A stretch of DNA of 64,000 nt from contig JAVECL010000015.1 of the NCBI GenBank assembly GCA_051942245.1, forward strand, positions 1-64,000, in the 5' to 3' direction. This stretch comes from Trypethelium eluteriae (taxonomy: Eukaryota). A model generated the notes under the pieces. It was not told the origin of the DNA. It was given only the letters and a program-made list of their open reading frames with translations, and ran no database searches. The position numbers and the translations under genes were made by a program. This document shows positions 1-10,647 of this stretch, in pieces. Each line of letters opens with the position of its first letter. Within the stretch, counting starts at the first letter, position 1.

Positions 1-578
1 ACCCTGCCCCCTCTCCGCCATCCAAAGGGACGGCCCTCCTCATCACTTCCGGTGCCTCCAGTGTCGGAGCCAGCGCGATCCAGCTTGCCGTCGCCGCCGG
101 CTACGAGGTGCACACGACGACGTCGCCCAAAAACTTCGACCTCGTGCGCCGGCTAGGCGCGACCCATGTCGTCGACTATCACGACATGACGACCGCCGCG
201 GATGCCTTGGTCGCCGGACTGCACGGAAAGGATCTGGCAGGTGCGCTGGCCATCAATCCGGGCGGCGTCACGCTGACGGGCAAGGTGCTTGCGGCCGTCC
301 CTAACAGCGTCAAGTTCATTGCCGACGCGGGGCCTCCGCGGGGCGAAGAGTATCCAGATGGCATCACGTCCAAGTTCTTTATTCCGAACGATCTACATGA
401 GCCAGATTCGCTCACCTGCTGCCTCTGGCGCACTTTTCTGCCCCAGGCGCTGGCTGAGGGAAGCTTTGTGCCGGAGCCGGAGCCCTTGGTGGTGGGTCAG
501 GGACTGGACAAAATGCAAGAGGCCTACGACGTGTTCTACAAGGGCGTGTCCGCGCAGAAGGTCGTGGTCACCCTGTAG
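1..578 (+). CDS. Zinc-binding alcohol dehydrogenase / enoyl-reductase-like oxidoreductase (CipB/AzaJ-like), 5'-truncated by window edge
   Basis: Frame is open from position 3: ...LLITSGASSVGASAIQLAVAAGYEV(H)TTTSPKNFDLVRRLGATHVVDY...GVSAQKVVVTL*. The GASSVG nucleotide-binding motif and the C-terminal SAQKVVV are typical of fungal MDR enoyl-reductase-like proteins. Confidence 0.85.
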   Translation, partial: PAPSPPSKGTALLITSGASSVGASAIQLAVAAGYEVHTTTSPKNFDLVRRLGATHVVDYHDMTTAADALVAGLHGKDLAGALAINPGGVTLTGKVLAAVPNSVKFIADAGPPRGEEYPDGITSKFFIPNDLHEPDSLTCCLWRTFLPQALAEGSFVPEPEPLVVGQGLDKMQEAYDVFYKGVSAQKVVVTL

Positions 579-854
579 GACGCAAGGTGGGGATAGATGA
601 ACCTCGAGCAAATGGTTAAGGACTCACGCGTTTTGCTTGACAACGTTTCTACGAGCGACGAGCCATTGTAGGGTGAAGTACTGACTAGTATTCTTCAATC
701 ATTACTGTCCCCACTCACAAATCTCAAGAAACATGCAATCACGTTGCTTGCACAATTAGTGGGGCTCTATAGAACAATTGGCTCGAGAAGTTACGGACAA
801 GGGAAACTCATAATCTATTCCTCATAATGAAGCCTACTGTTTTTGGGTCGCTGT

Positions 855-3024
855 CTATTTGCCATCATTCGTAGTTTCGGGGTCCACTGACGGCTTCTTC
901 TTTCGAATATCATGCCAGCCCATGCCCCAAAGACAGATTATACGGGCAGCACTGAGACCAGTGACCAGGTAGAAGACACGATCGATGCTGGTGGCGTACG
1001 CGGATAAGAGTGGAGGAAGATCAGATGGTTGGACTTGATCACGAAAACCAGTGGCACCGCTATCAATGATGGCGGTCGCGTTGAGGTGCGGTGCCTTCTG
1101 CGTCAGCTGGGATCGGAGGCTCGTGTCGAAGATGACGTTGTAGAGCGCAAGGGCAATGGCAGGGCCCAAAAACTGTACACAGACGAGGAACGCCATGGCG
1201 GAAGGGAGCTCTGGTCCCTTGATTACCGCTTGAACGGCGACGATGGCCTATTGTGCGAAATCATGAGCGAAGAATTGCATGCTTTCTTTGGGATATAACG
1301 AACCACTTGGAGCCCCGCACCGGATCCAATGCCCCCTATGATCTGGAACCCGATCCATTCTCCAACGGGACTATTCGGACCGAGCAATGAGTACAGACCA
1401 CTCGCCACGGAGAGGAAAACAGTAGAAAATATGGCTGAGGGAAGAGCATATCCAATCGTTGACACTGAAAAACAAATTAGCCACACGACAGTTTCCCGTC
1501 GCATGATCATATCGTACTTATTTTTCCTGACGATACAGCCATAACAAGTTGAGAGAGGATGGTGGGTAAGAGGTATACACCACTGAGCATCGGACTCGCA
1601 TTGTCAACAGCCTGGAAATAGATCGGGAGAAAATAGATGATGCCGTAAATAGCTGTCTGTATAAGGGCCTGGTAGATTCCTGATGTCCAGACAGCCGTTT
1701 GACCGATGAGAGAGAATGGTAATGAAGCATCTTTTCCCCGGGAATAGTTCCAGAATATCCACACAACAGAGGTAGCCGCGGATCCACAGAAGAGACCGAT
1801 CACCTGGGACGAGTTCCAAGCATATACATTGCCACCGTATTGAAGAGCGAGCAGAAGCTGTAAGACCGCTGGCGCGAAAAGAACAAACCCCACGAGGTCG
1901 AGATAATGATGGAGCCTCCGTAGAACAGAAAGGGGACTCGCTTTGGTTGTTTGTTCGGGAATGTGTAGCAGCGCAATGGCGACCGCGGCAACAGCACCCA
2001 CAGGTATATTGACATAAAAGCCTTAAATCATAATTAGCACAGAACAAGTAATAATGGTATAGACAAATTAACTGACACCATCGCCATGTGGTATAGGATG
2101 TGAACGCTCCTCCAATGAGTGGTCCGGCGACGAGTCCGAGCTGATTGACTGCAGGCGAAAAGTCAGTTTTCGAATGAATAGTACCAATACATCTGCCGTA
2201 GGCCGACTTACATCCTGTCAAATAACCGATCAAAGCTGACGACCTTTGTTAGCGAAGGCGTGGGTTGCCAAGCTCGGGATGGTTTTCCACCTACCCGGGC
2301 GCTTCTCAAGAGGTGCACAGCTGGAGATGATGGTAATTGCACCCGTAGTGATTCCTGCGGCTCCCATTCCGGCCACAGCACGCGCAACTATCAACATACG
2401 GGAGGAGACGGCAGCGCCACAGAGTACTGAACCAAGCTCGAAGATTCCCAAAAAGACTAGAAATGTCCACTATTGTCTTCAGCAATCACCCTGTTACCAG
2501 AGTCTTACGTGACGAACCTTAGTGCTAAACCGGGTATAGATCTTTCCCGTCAGAAGCTGAGGAGCCGCGCTTGATTCGCGTCAGGATACTGAAGGACATT
2601 TCTCTTCTTTTCGAAGCTAGAGCGACACGTACCTCCCAAATTGATATGCGCTTGCATACCAACCAACATCGGTGAGCGAGTGGAAGGTATCTGTAATGCG
2701 AGGAATTGCCTAACATGTTTTTCCACACTCAGCCAGAAATTCGACATGTGTCGATTCACAGGGGCAAGAGCAAGTTACCGTGCCGATGATCATCGTGTCC
2801 AAAAGCATGAGGAAGCAGGACAAAGAAACAGTAGCGACGATGATTGCGAGCTTGTAGCCGGTAACATACTGACTCTGGTCGTTTGGTTGCTGCTCATGAT
2901 GGACTTTGGGGGACGAATCTGAATCAGGCGGCAATTGGGATATCGCGAGCTCGTTCTTCGAAGGTTGTGGGGACGACAGTTTCTCGTCGGACGTGCTCGT
3001 CTCCGATCTCGCCGAGTCATCCAT
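855..3024 (-). CDS. MFS drug:H+ antiporter (DHA2 family) efflux pump, multi-exon
   Basis: Spliced exons give [100 protein letters not shown] and GMGWHDI. GT-AG introns with branch sites are visible. Confidence 0.92.
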
Positions 3025-3515
3025 GGCAAATTACTATGATTTCAGAACGAAGGGAAAGGCCTGGCCAGTACAGATGGCCAAGCTTCACATTCTGGTCGCT
3101 TTCTGACGACGGCAGCTTCAAGTGCAAGCACCGTGGACGGAGATGCAAGTGACCCCATCTCTTGAGATCGGCAAGATATGCAGGCATCAGCAATTCAAGC
3201 TGTTGGATCAGGGCATTCGACTAGTGAGCCTGCAGTATGCGGTAGGACTTCGATCAGCGCGTCAGTGGAGCCTGGTGCAGTATTACGTTGACGCAAGCAC
3301 TCAAGTTTATCAGTCGGTATTTTACTCGATTTAATACCGTAACGTTACGGCCTGCGGCCCGGCTGGACAGCTGTGTCTGCACCACCCCTTTAGTGCCTTA
3401 AACCCTGCAACCCCTCTCATCCCAGCTAACCTCAGTTTCGCAATGCTTTTACCTTTTTCTATGTAGTTCTTACTGTCTACCTAACTCTACGGTGTCAGGC
3501 TAAGGACCGTGCGAT

Positions 3516-3639
3516 AGATCACCGATGTCACGGAAAAACGCCAATCTCCATTGAACATCAAGTTAACGTGCCGTACCGCGCTATGCGGTGCTGCACCGTT
3601 TGGTGGTTCTAAAGACTGTTCCGCAGATCACCGATGTCA
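3516..3639. repeat. 15-bp direct repeat AGATCACCGATGTCA (3516-3530 and 3625-3639) in the MFS/acyltransferase divergent intergenic region
   Basis: Exact match read from the sequence. It is followed by short GCCG/AGCC-rich degenerate repeats at about 3685-3740. Confidence 0.8.
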
Positions 3640-4702
3640 TACTTACTAAGTACCTATAACGGGATGTCAATCTCTATCGGGCTAGCGCGCCGAGCCGTGC
3701 CGCAGTCTTAGCCACACCGCTAGCCGCACCGTTAGCCGCAGTGATTTCCTCTATCTGGAAAAGAAAAAAGCGTCTCAATTGGACATAGATCACATGCTCT
3801 ACCTCCTGCCCGATCTCCTCTCATGTCTCACTTTTTTCGTGTTTTCACTGCCTACCATGCCTGGAGAGATTTATTTTCTACGTTGGTATGGTAAACAGTC
3901 AAACAAGCCAGTATTGAATTCCAAAATGTATGAGATGAGAGGTGATTCTTGTTGTTTTGGAGGTCTGTCTCGCATTCGAACCCTCTTCCCCCCTCTGGAC
4001 GGCCTCTGCTTCAGGGATGTCTCCGTTGAAGTACGTTAATTGCATCGGTGGGGATTCGTTTTTGCTTAGGCGAGCTAATCACCGGCACTCTCATCTACCA
4101 AGAGACGGGTAATCCAAAAGGGATCATTCAACTTTCCGTGAGGCTTGAAACGTCTCTCGGACCCATAAGGTGCAAGGGCTGTCGTCAATCTCGCATCTGC
4201 AAGCTGTGGTGTAACCTTTTACCGCAACCTTCGCATGCTGTTGGAACACGCTAGCAGGAGCGTAGTTGAAACCAACAAGTCACTATGAAAAGGATATTTA
4301 GGTAGGGATTGAAGGTATCTAACTCGAATCCAGGAACCACCGAGCCGTTTGAATTGTCAAACAGGAAAGACATCATCTGGTAGACTATCGATATGGCGTA
4401 CATGAGTGTGGGTGATCAGATGGGGGCCGGGACTTTCCCCAACAGGCATCTGGCTGCAAGGTCCAGTTTTTCAGCTCGCTTATCAACATTAGATGCATCG
4501 ATGCCCATGGGAAAGGATCGCACATTGTTGACTTAGGTACATGGTGTCCACCTGCAGGGGGGGTACGCGTTGTTGCCATGTCCAGCGATTCATGGCCACG
4601 TGATATGCTGTAGAATGGCCTGCCAACTACCATCTACAAACGACGAATGGTGTATCAATTACTCCCGAAACTGATATTCATATCGATCTGGGAGGGACGA
4701 CT

Positions 4703-6106
4703 ATGGGCGAACCGTTATCAAGTAATGATGAGTTCAATATCTATCAAGAATCGATATCGCAGTTCCCCTTTCTTAACGGGTACACCCACTTCGTTCGCGT
4801 CTTCGAAGTCAGCCAAACGACTCCCCGCCAATCTCTCGTAGCCGCCCTTCAAGATGCCTTTGACCAAGTCAAAGCCAAGATCCCATGGCTAGATGGCCAC
4901 GTCCGGACCGTCGACGGAGTGATGAAGAGCGTCCCCTGGCCCCGAGGTGCACGTGCAAACTGCGTCCGCCGTAAGGACGCCGACGACCTGCTGCCCTCCT
5001 TCGCCGACATCATGACCGCCGGCGGGCCCATCTCCATGTTCCCAGGCGACGTCCTCACCCCGTGGCCTGCATTGCCTGCACCGCACGGCATCACCGACGA
5101 CCTCGTGCCCGTAGCGGTGCTGACAGCCGTGTTCATCCGCGGCGGGCTGATCCTTGTCGTCACAACCCACCACGTCCTCTTCGACGCCGCCGCCATCTTC
5201 ACGCTGTGGGACCTGCTAGCCACCGTGATGAACGGCAACCCGGACCCCATTCCCGCTGCCACAGTCGTCCAGGCAAACCGCGACCGCACCCGCGTCATCC
5301 CCCTGCTCCGCCCCAACGAGCCCTGCAAGGACTTCTCCCATCTCCTCCGTCCCGCCGACTTCGTGCCACGCGCGCCCCCTCCCACCCGCTGGTGCGTCTT
5401 CCGCATCCCGCTGGCCAAGATCGCCGAGCTCAAAGCCGACATCGGCGGGCCGGGGTCGGTCGGATGGGATCCCGCAGTCAGATACATCTCTCGCAACGAC
5501 GCGCTGAGCGCGTTCGCATGGCAGCGCATCTGCGCGGTCCGCATCGCCAACGGCCGGGCTGGGTCGCGGGTCTCGAAGTTCGGACGAGCTGTCGACATGC
5601 GCCCGGCGTTGGACATCCCCAAGACGTACATGGGCCAGATGATCGGCCATGCGGCGACGCGACTGCCACTGCAGGAAGTCGCGATCGCGCCGCTCGCGCG
5701 ACTCGCGTGTCTGCTTCGGCGCGATCTGGCGGAGGCGAGGACGGCGTGGGCGCTGCGGAGTTACGCGACGTTTGTGGCGCGCACGCCTAAGGAGCGGCTG
5801 TTGTACGGTGGGGTGTACGATGCTGAGGTGGATGTGGGAGCGTCGTCCATTTACCGCATGGAAGAGGGCTACCGGCCGATGCGGATGGGCGTGCTCGGGA
5901 CGTCGCGCATGTTCCGCAAGCCCGACGCGATATCGATTCCCAGCTGTATGTACTTCTTCCCCTCGGACAATGAGCGCGACATGCAGTTGATGTTGTGCAT
6001 GACGTCCGACGACTTGGCGGGGTTGGTGAGAGACCCGGAGTGGAGTAAGTATATTGAGTGTGTTGATATAGCGCGGGCGACGAGGGGTACACCTGCCAGC
6101 GAGTAA
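4703..6106 (+). CDS. CoA-dependent acyl/acetyltransferase (transferase family; TRI101/AzaD-like)
   Basis: Intronless 467-aa ORF with an HxxxD catalytic motif (HVLFD), FIRGGLIL, SRNDALSAFAWQRI, RAVDMR and YMGQM segments. Confidence 0.88.
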   Translation: MGEPLSSNDEFNIYQESISQFPFLNGYTHFVRVFEVSQTTPRQSLVAALQDAFDQVKAKIPWLDGHVRTVDGVMKSVPWPRGARANCVRRKDADDLLPSFADIMTAGGPISMFPGDVLTPWPALPAPHGITDDLVPVAVLTAVFIRGGLILVVTTHHVLFDAAAIFTLWDLLATVMNGNPDPIPAATVVQANRDRTRVIPLLRPNEPCKDFSHLLRPADFVPRAPPPTRWCVFRIPLAKIAELKADIGGPGSVGWDPAVRYISRNDALSAFAWQRICAVRIANGRAGSRVSKFGRAVDMRPALDIPKTYMGQMIGHAATRLPLQEVAIAPLARLACLLRRDLAEARTAWALRSYATFVARTPKERLLYGGVYDAEVDVGASSIYRMEEGYRPMRMGVLGTSRMFRKPDAISIPSCMYFFPSDNERDMQLMLCMTSDDLAGLVRDPEWSKYIECVDIARATRGTPASE

Positions 6107-6413
6107 TAAGAGAAGACTTTCTTCGAGATAGATCTACCATTAGTGATGTGAATATGTGAGGTCTTCGCAAGCGCGCGTGTACTTACTAAAGCCTTTAGCA
6201 GCGGGCGCGCCCGTTTTATCGCATTAGATAATTTCCCTGTCACGAGATTAACTCTTTCAAGACACTCTTGGCACGAGGAATGTGCAATAGTAACTCGGTC
6301 ATTATGATTACATTAAATAGAATCCAGTAGGTAATCTACTACGGCGACCTCTATTCAGTATAGGCTCTGAAACGACACGGGAAAAAGAATGGGTGAAATA
6401 GGCTAGAAAAGCT

Positions 6414-7739
6414 TTAGCTATTAGTCGAGCTAATGTTCACCGTGACGTTTTGGATCGAGCATGCCGCGAGCGGTATGTGTGACTCGTTGAAGATACCCCA
6501 GAGCCACTCAAACGCCCCGGGCTGGCCGTTGATGAGCTCATCAACGTGCCCTCCCACCGTGTTGCGTTGATAGGTGATGTCGGGGTTAGTGGCAGAATAT
6601 TGGTTTACCAACGCATCGGTCTCTCGAACAGGGCAGTACTCGTCACCAACAGCCTTATAGAAATACAGAGGCGTGGTGGGCACGCCATACACTCCCAGCA
6701 CCGTGTCGTACGCAAAAATCTTCTTCATGACAGACGAGTTGAAGAGGTCTTCCCGCCCGCCAATAAAGTAGCTGTAGACGTCAACATTGTCCCAGTACGC
6801 CGTCGCGTTTAAAAGCGTCCGATTATACGTCCCAAGAAACTTGGCCGCCGTCGCCGGCACCAGCCGGCTGCGTATGTACGCATCGGCGGCAGGATACTCC
6901 GCCATGAGGCCCAAGACGGAACTGACCAAGTCGCCCGCAATCGCGCTGCCGTTGAAACCGTCCAAGGTCGTCGAGAGATTCGTGACCAGCCCACCGCTGG
7001 CGGCGCCTGCCAGGGTCAACTCCGGCGCATACTGCACCTGCAGCTCTGCTGCGGCGGCCGTCGCAACTGATCCGCCGCTGTATCCCCACAGCGCGACGGT
7101 GACCTTGTCGGGCTCGACTGCCAAGACCGTCTTCGCCAGGCTTAGTACGGCTCGCTGCGCATCCAGCGTCGCATGGCCTTCTTGCACCACCGCGCCGAAG
7201 GCCGCCTGCGGACCCTCGAAGTCCGGCGTCTGGACGAACCAGCCGTTGCCGAGCGCGAGATTGATAGTCGCGGTCTGAGAGGGGACGCCAAGGCTCGGAA
7301 CGGTTACGGCGAGGTCATTGTAGATGCCATATGAGGGGCTGGAGTCGACATCGGCCGAATCGTACGCGAATTGGAATGAGAGTAGCGCTAGGCGACCTGA
7401 GGGTGACAGGTATTCAGTTTTAGGAATGAACAGGGTCGTGACGGCCCAGGACGGCTGAAAATGCGAGTCCGTGGTGCGATAGAGGATGTTGTAGGCAGCC
7501 GAGGCGTTTGCGATCTGAGCCTCCGACGTCAGATTTCCGGGGGCCTGTCGGATGCGCAGAATGGTGCCTGGTGCTGAACCGTTCCAGCCCGAGGGTGCTG
7601 TATACCATGCATCCTGGCTCGGAGGGATGGGTTGTGATAGTGATGGTGATGTTGGTAGAAGTACAGCTGCCGCCGCTGCAGCAGCAACAAGGTGGAGACT
7701 GAGCAAGGATCTCGAAAGATGCATGATGTAATACGACAT
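6414..7739 (-). CDS. Secretory lipase/esterase (LIP family, TRI8-like)
   Basis: Signal-peptide-like N-terminus, PPSQDAWY, ILYRTTD, QFAYDS, PDFEGP, the nucleophile elbow WGYSGG, YAPEL, and GDE..P and GGH (Asp/His triad candidates). Intronless. The start may be the second Met (MHLSRS). Confidence 0.9.
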   Translation of the reverse strand: MSYYIMHLSRSLLSLHLVAAAAAAAVLLPTSPSLSQPIPPSQDAWYTAPSGWNGSAPGTILRIRQAPGNLTSEAQIANASAAYNILYRTTDSHFQPSWAVTTLFIPKTEYLSPSGRLALLSFQFAYDSADVDSSPSYGIYNDLAVTVPSLGVPSQTATINLALGNGWFVQTPDFEGPQAAFGAVVQEGHATLDAQRAVLSLAKTVLAVEPDKVTVALWGYSGGSVATAAAAELQVQYAPELTLAGAASGGLVTNLSTTLDGFNGSAIAGDLVSSVLGLMAEYPAADAYIRSRLVPATAAKFLGTYNRTLLNATAYWDNVDVYSYFIGGREDLFNSSVMKKIFAYDTVLGVYGVPTTPLYFYKAVGDEYCPVRETDALVNQYSATNPDITYQRNTVGGHVDELINGQPGAFEWLWGIFNESHIPLAACSIQNVTVNISSTNS

Positions 7740-8137
7740 GCAGTTGCTTTCCGCGCTGCTGTTCCACGACGGTGCGAAGGTAACGAACCAACGGTACCTC
7801 TGTCTCAGTCGTCTCCTCTTGAGAAATTCGAAGAGAAGACAGGAGATGGCTTGCTGGCCAGCTGACTACCCTTGGCCTTAAGTCCATCCGCGCTCAGCTC
7901 CAGTAGCCCTGCACGTCGTGCACATCGGCGTCCTCCACACGTACGTCATGGAAATCCTAGAAGAAGAGGGTAGCTGCCACATCATTTCCTTTAAGCGAAG
8001 AGGAATATGAAAAAGTAATATACATACAGCATGAGCTATAGTGTAAACACCTCTAAAGGACAGCCCACCCCTCTCATCCAGCTCAATGGCATCACACAAT
8101 ACTAGCAATACTATCGCAGCGAGCAGCCTGGTGAAAG

Positions 8138-9562
8138 ATGACTACATGCAGCGGCAAGGAGGATGAGGAATTAGGCGACACCCCGCCCCTCACTATCGCC
8201 ATCATCGGCGGTGGCATCGTGGGTGTGGTGCTTGCTCATGGCCTCCTGAAGCGTGGCGTCCGCGTTGCCGTTTATGAGCGCGCGCTCAACTTCCACGAGA
8301 TCGGCGCGGGTTTTGCTTTCACTGGCGTCGCGAGGGATTGTATGGCGCGGTTGAGCGGAGCCGTCATCGAGGCCATGCATCGTGTCGGTGTGCCAAACAA
8401 AAGACCCTTTGACAACTATTGGGATGGCTACCATCTTACGGCGAGCCACGCACAGCAGCAGCATGCTGGAAATGAGGTACAAGCAGACGTCGATCCTGAT
8501 GGTACCTCGTGTGAGCTGCTCTTCACCCGTCCCAATCACCAGCTCGCCTTCTGGGGGTGCCTGCGGGCCAGCTTCCTCGAGCAGCTCGCCTCCCTCCTTC
8601 CGCCCGGCGTCGCGCACTTTGACAAAGAACTTGTCGACCACTCCGACCCGCCCGAGGGTCCCGTCACACTGACCTTTAAAGACGGTACGACTGCCACAGC
8701 CGACGCCCTGATTGGCTGCGATGGCCTGCGCAGCCGAGTACGAGCTCAGCTACTAACGCCGCATGTACCCCACGCCGTCAATCCCCGGTACACGCACAAG
8801 CGGTGCTACCGGGCCGTGGTACCACTGAGCGAGGGCGAGCGCGTGCTAGGCGCGTACAAAGCGAACAACCAGTGTATGCACGTTGGGCCAGGCGCCCACG
8901 TGTTGACCTACCCCGTGGGTGAAGCCATGTTGAATATCGTTCTTTTCATCACCGACCAGAGCGACTGGCCCGATCCCGTCCGCATGACGGCGCCGGGATC
9001 CCGGGCCGACGCTCTCGCCGCCCTCAGCGACTGGGGCCCCGCTGTCCGCGGCCTCGCTGCCCTCCTCCCAACGGAGCCGCTCGTCTGGGGCATCTTCGAC
9101 ATGTTCGACCACCCGACCCCCTGGTATGCGCGGCAACGCGTGTGTCTGCTGGGTGATGCAGCGCACGCAGCTGCGCCCCACCATGGAGCCGGTGCGGGAT
9201 TCGGGGTCGAGGATGCGCTTGCGCTCGCCACGGCGGTGGAGGAGGCGTTGCGGACCATCAACGCGACGGGTCGGGGGGCGGAGCGGGACATGGTTGTTTC
9301 CAAGGCGGAGGCCCTCACGGCGGCGTTCCAGGCCTTTAACGACGTCCGCTACGAGCGCACGCAGTGGTTGGTGCGCAGCTCCCGCGAGGCAGGGGAGATC
9401 TATGAGTGGAGATACCCGCCGAGCGGGAGCGATCCGGCCAAGCTGAAGACGGAGCTGGATGAGCGCTTCAAAATCATCTGGGACTTTGATGTCGACAAGA
9501 TGGTAGATGAGACCAGGAGCGCGTATCACCGGCGAGTCGGCGATAATCAATTGGTTAATTGA
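8138..9562 (+). CDS. FAD-dependent monooxygenase, salicylate hydroxylase / TropB-AzaH-SorbC class
   Basis: IAIIGGGIVG (FAD binding), EIGAG, ADALIGCDGLRSRVR, and LLGDAAHAAAPHHGAGAGFGVEDA. Intronless. Confidence 0.92.
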   Translation: MTTCSGKEDEELGDTPPLTIAIIGGGIVGVVLAHGLLKRGVRVAVYERALNFHEIGAGFAFTGVARDCMARLSGAVIEAMHRVGVPNKRPFDNYWDGYHLTASHAQQQHAGNEVQADVDPDGTSCELLFTRPNHQLAFWGCLRASFLEQLASLLPPGVAHFDKELVDHSDPPEGPVTLTFKDGTTATADALIGCDGLRSRVRAQLLTPHVPHAVNPRYTHKRCYRAVVPLSEGERVLGAYKANNQCMHVGPGAHVLTYPVGEAMLNIVLFITDQSDWPDPVRMTAPGSRADALAALSDWGPAVRGLAALLPTEPLVWGIFDMFDHPTPWYARQRVCLLGDAAHAAAPHHGAGAGFGVEDALALATAVEEALRTINATGRGAERDMVVSKAEALTAAFQAFNDVRYERTQWLVRSSREAGEIYEWRYPPSGSDPAKLKTELDERFKIIWDFDVDKMVDETRSAYHRRVGDNQLVN

Positions 9563-10647
9563 AGACCGCTCATATGGAACTTCGTATCACTATTGTGGGT
9601 ATGTATTTCATGTACGTGATTTGCAAGTATCCAAGTATCTTTGCATTGTTTATAGCTCTATCTTGAGTCTTTCTTCGTCGTTGCCTTTAATCTTATGTCA
9701 CTCGAGGCTATCCCCTTGGCTAACATTAAGGTGATGCTATGTACGAGCGTTTCTTGTATAAGGTTTAGCAGAAAAACTATTGCAATACCTCACGGCAGAA
9801 TGTGTAAATATTTAACACATCTAACGAATTTGATGGGTTAGGAAATTCGGGAATAAGCCACATAAAATCTTGAAATGGTATTTTAGAAGTGGTATATCCA
9901 TCAGTGCAGGTCGCGTTGTATTGAGGTATCGATCATTCGCAGCTTAAGAGGCACTCTTCAAAAATAGGCAGTGTCCGCCCGGCGACATAAGTCCATCAAT
10001 GATCCGAAAGCTGTTGCTCGTTACTTCGCACTCGGATGAGTGCTTGCGTGATACCAGAGTCGGTAATATACGACCTGCAACATTATCAGCTTAGGCCTAC
10101 CGACTGGCATGCTCATCCAGTGGATCAGTCGTAGGCATTCAGCTTGAGGCCAACGACCGAAGCTAGCCTTGGTCTCGGTCTAGGCAAGGTACGATACGCT
10201 AGCGCCCCACCGTACCTAGTTTGGCATGGTGCGGATCAGTGCCTTTTCCTTCCTCCACACGTTCCACCGCCTTATTCCAAACAATTCCTCATGCTTGCGA
10301 AAGCTCAAGCTCTGGAACCTAGCTTGGCACCGCAATTGACTCGAGAGCAATTCCGACTGACTATCAAAGCGCAAAGGAGTTCATCGTTGACAAACTCAGA
10401 CGGCCCCCAAAAGGATTCTCATCTCTCATCCAGTGATGGAGCTACAAAATCCGGTGAAGCCATGATTGAGAAGGCGCACAATTGAGCCACCCTATGGTGC
10501 TACAGAATCCACCAGACTCTTCCTGGGCTGGTCAGAGACACTATCGTGTAGCTGAACGAAAGGTTGGTAGACCGGAGAGCTCGTAGACATTGGTGAACCT
10601 CCTCTACGTTCTATTTTCCTATCACTTGACGCTGTGGGTTTTCAAGC

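Noticed and set aside
4849..9550. Long antisense and alternative-frame ORFs over the cluster genes (e.g. 4849-5631, 5062-5790, 8846-9550)
   Set aside because: Expected by-product of high-GC codon usage; no motifs.
1..9562. Calling the cluster a trichothecene cluster because of TRI101- and TRI8-like genes
   Set aside because: No trichodiene synthase or P450 is in view, and the TropB/AzaH-type FMO points to aromatic polyketide chemistry.
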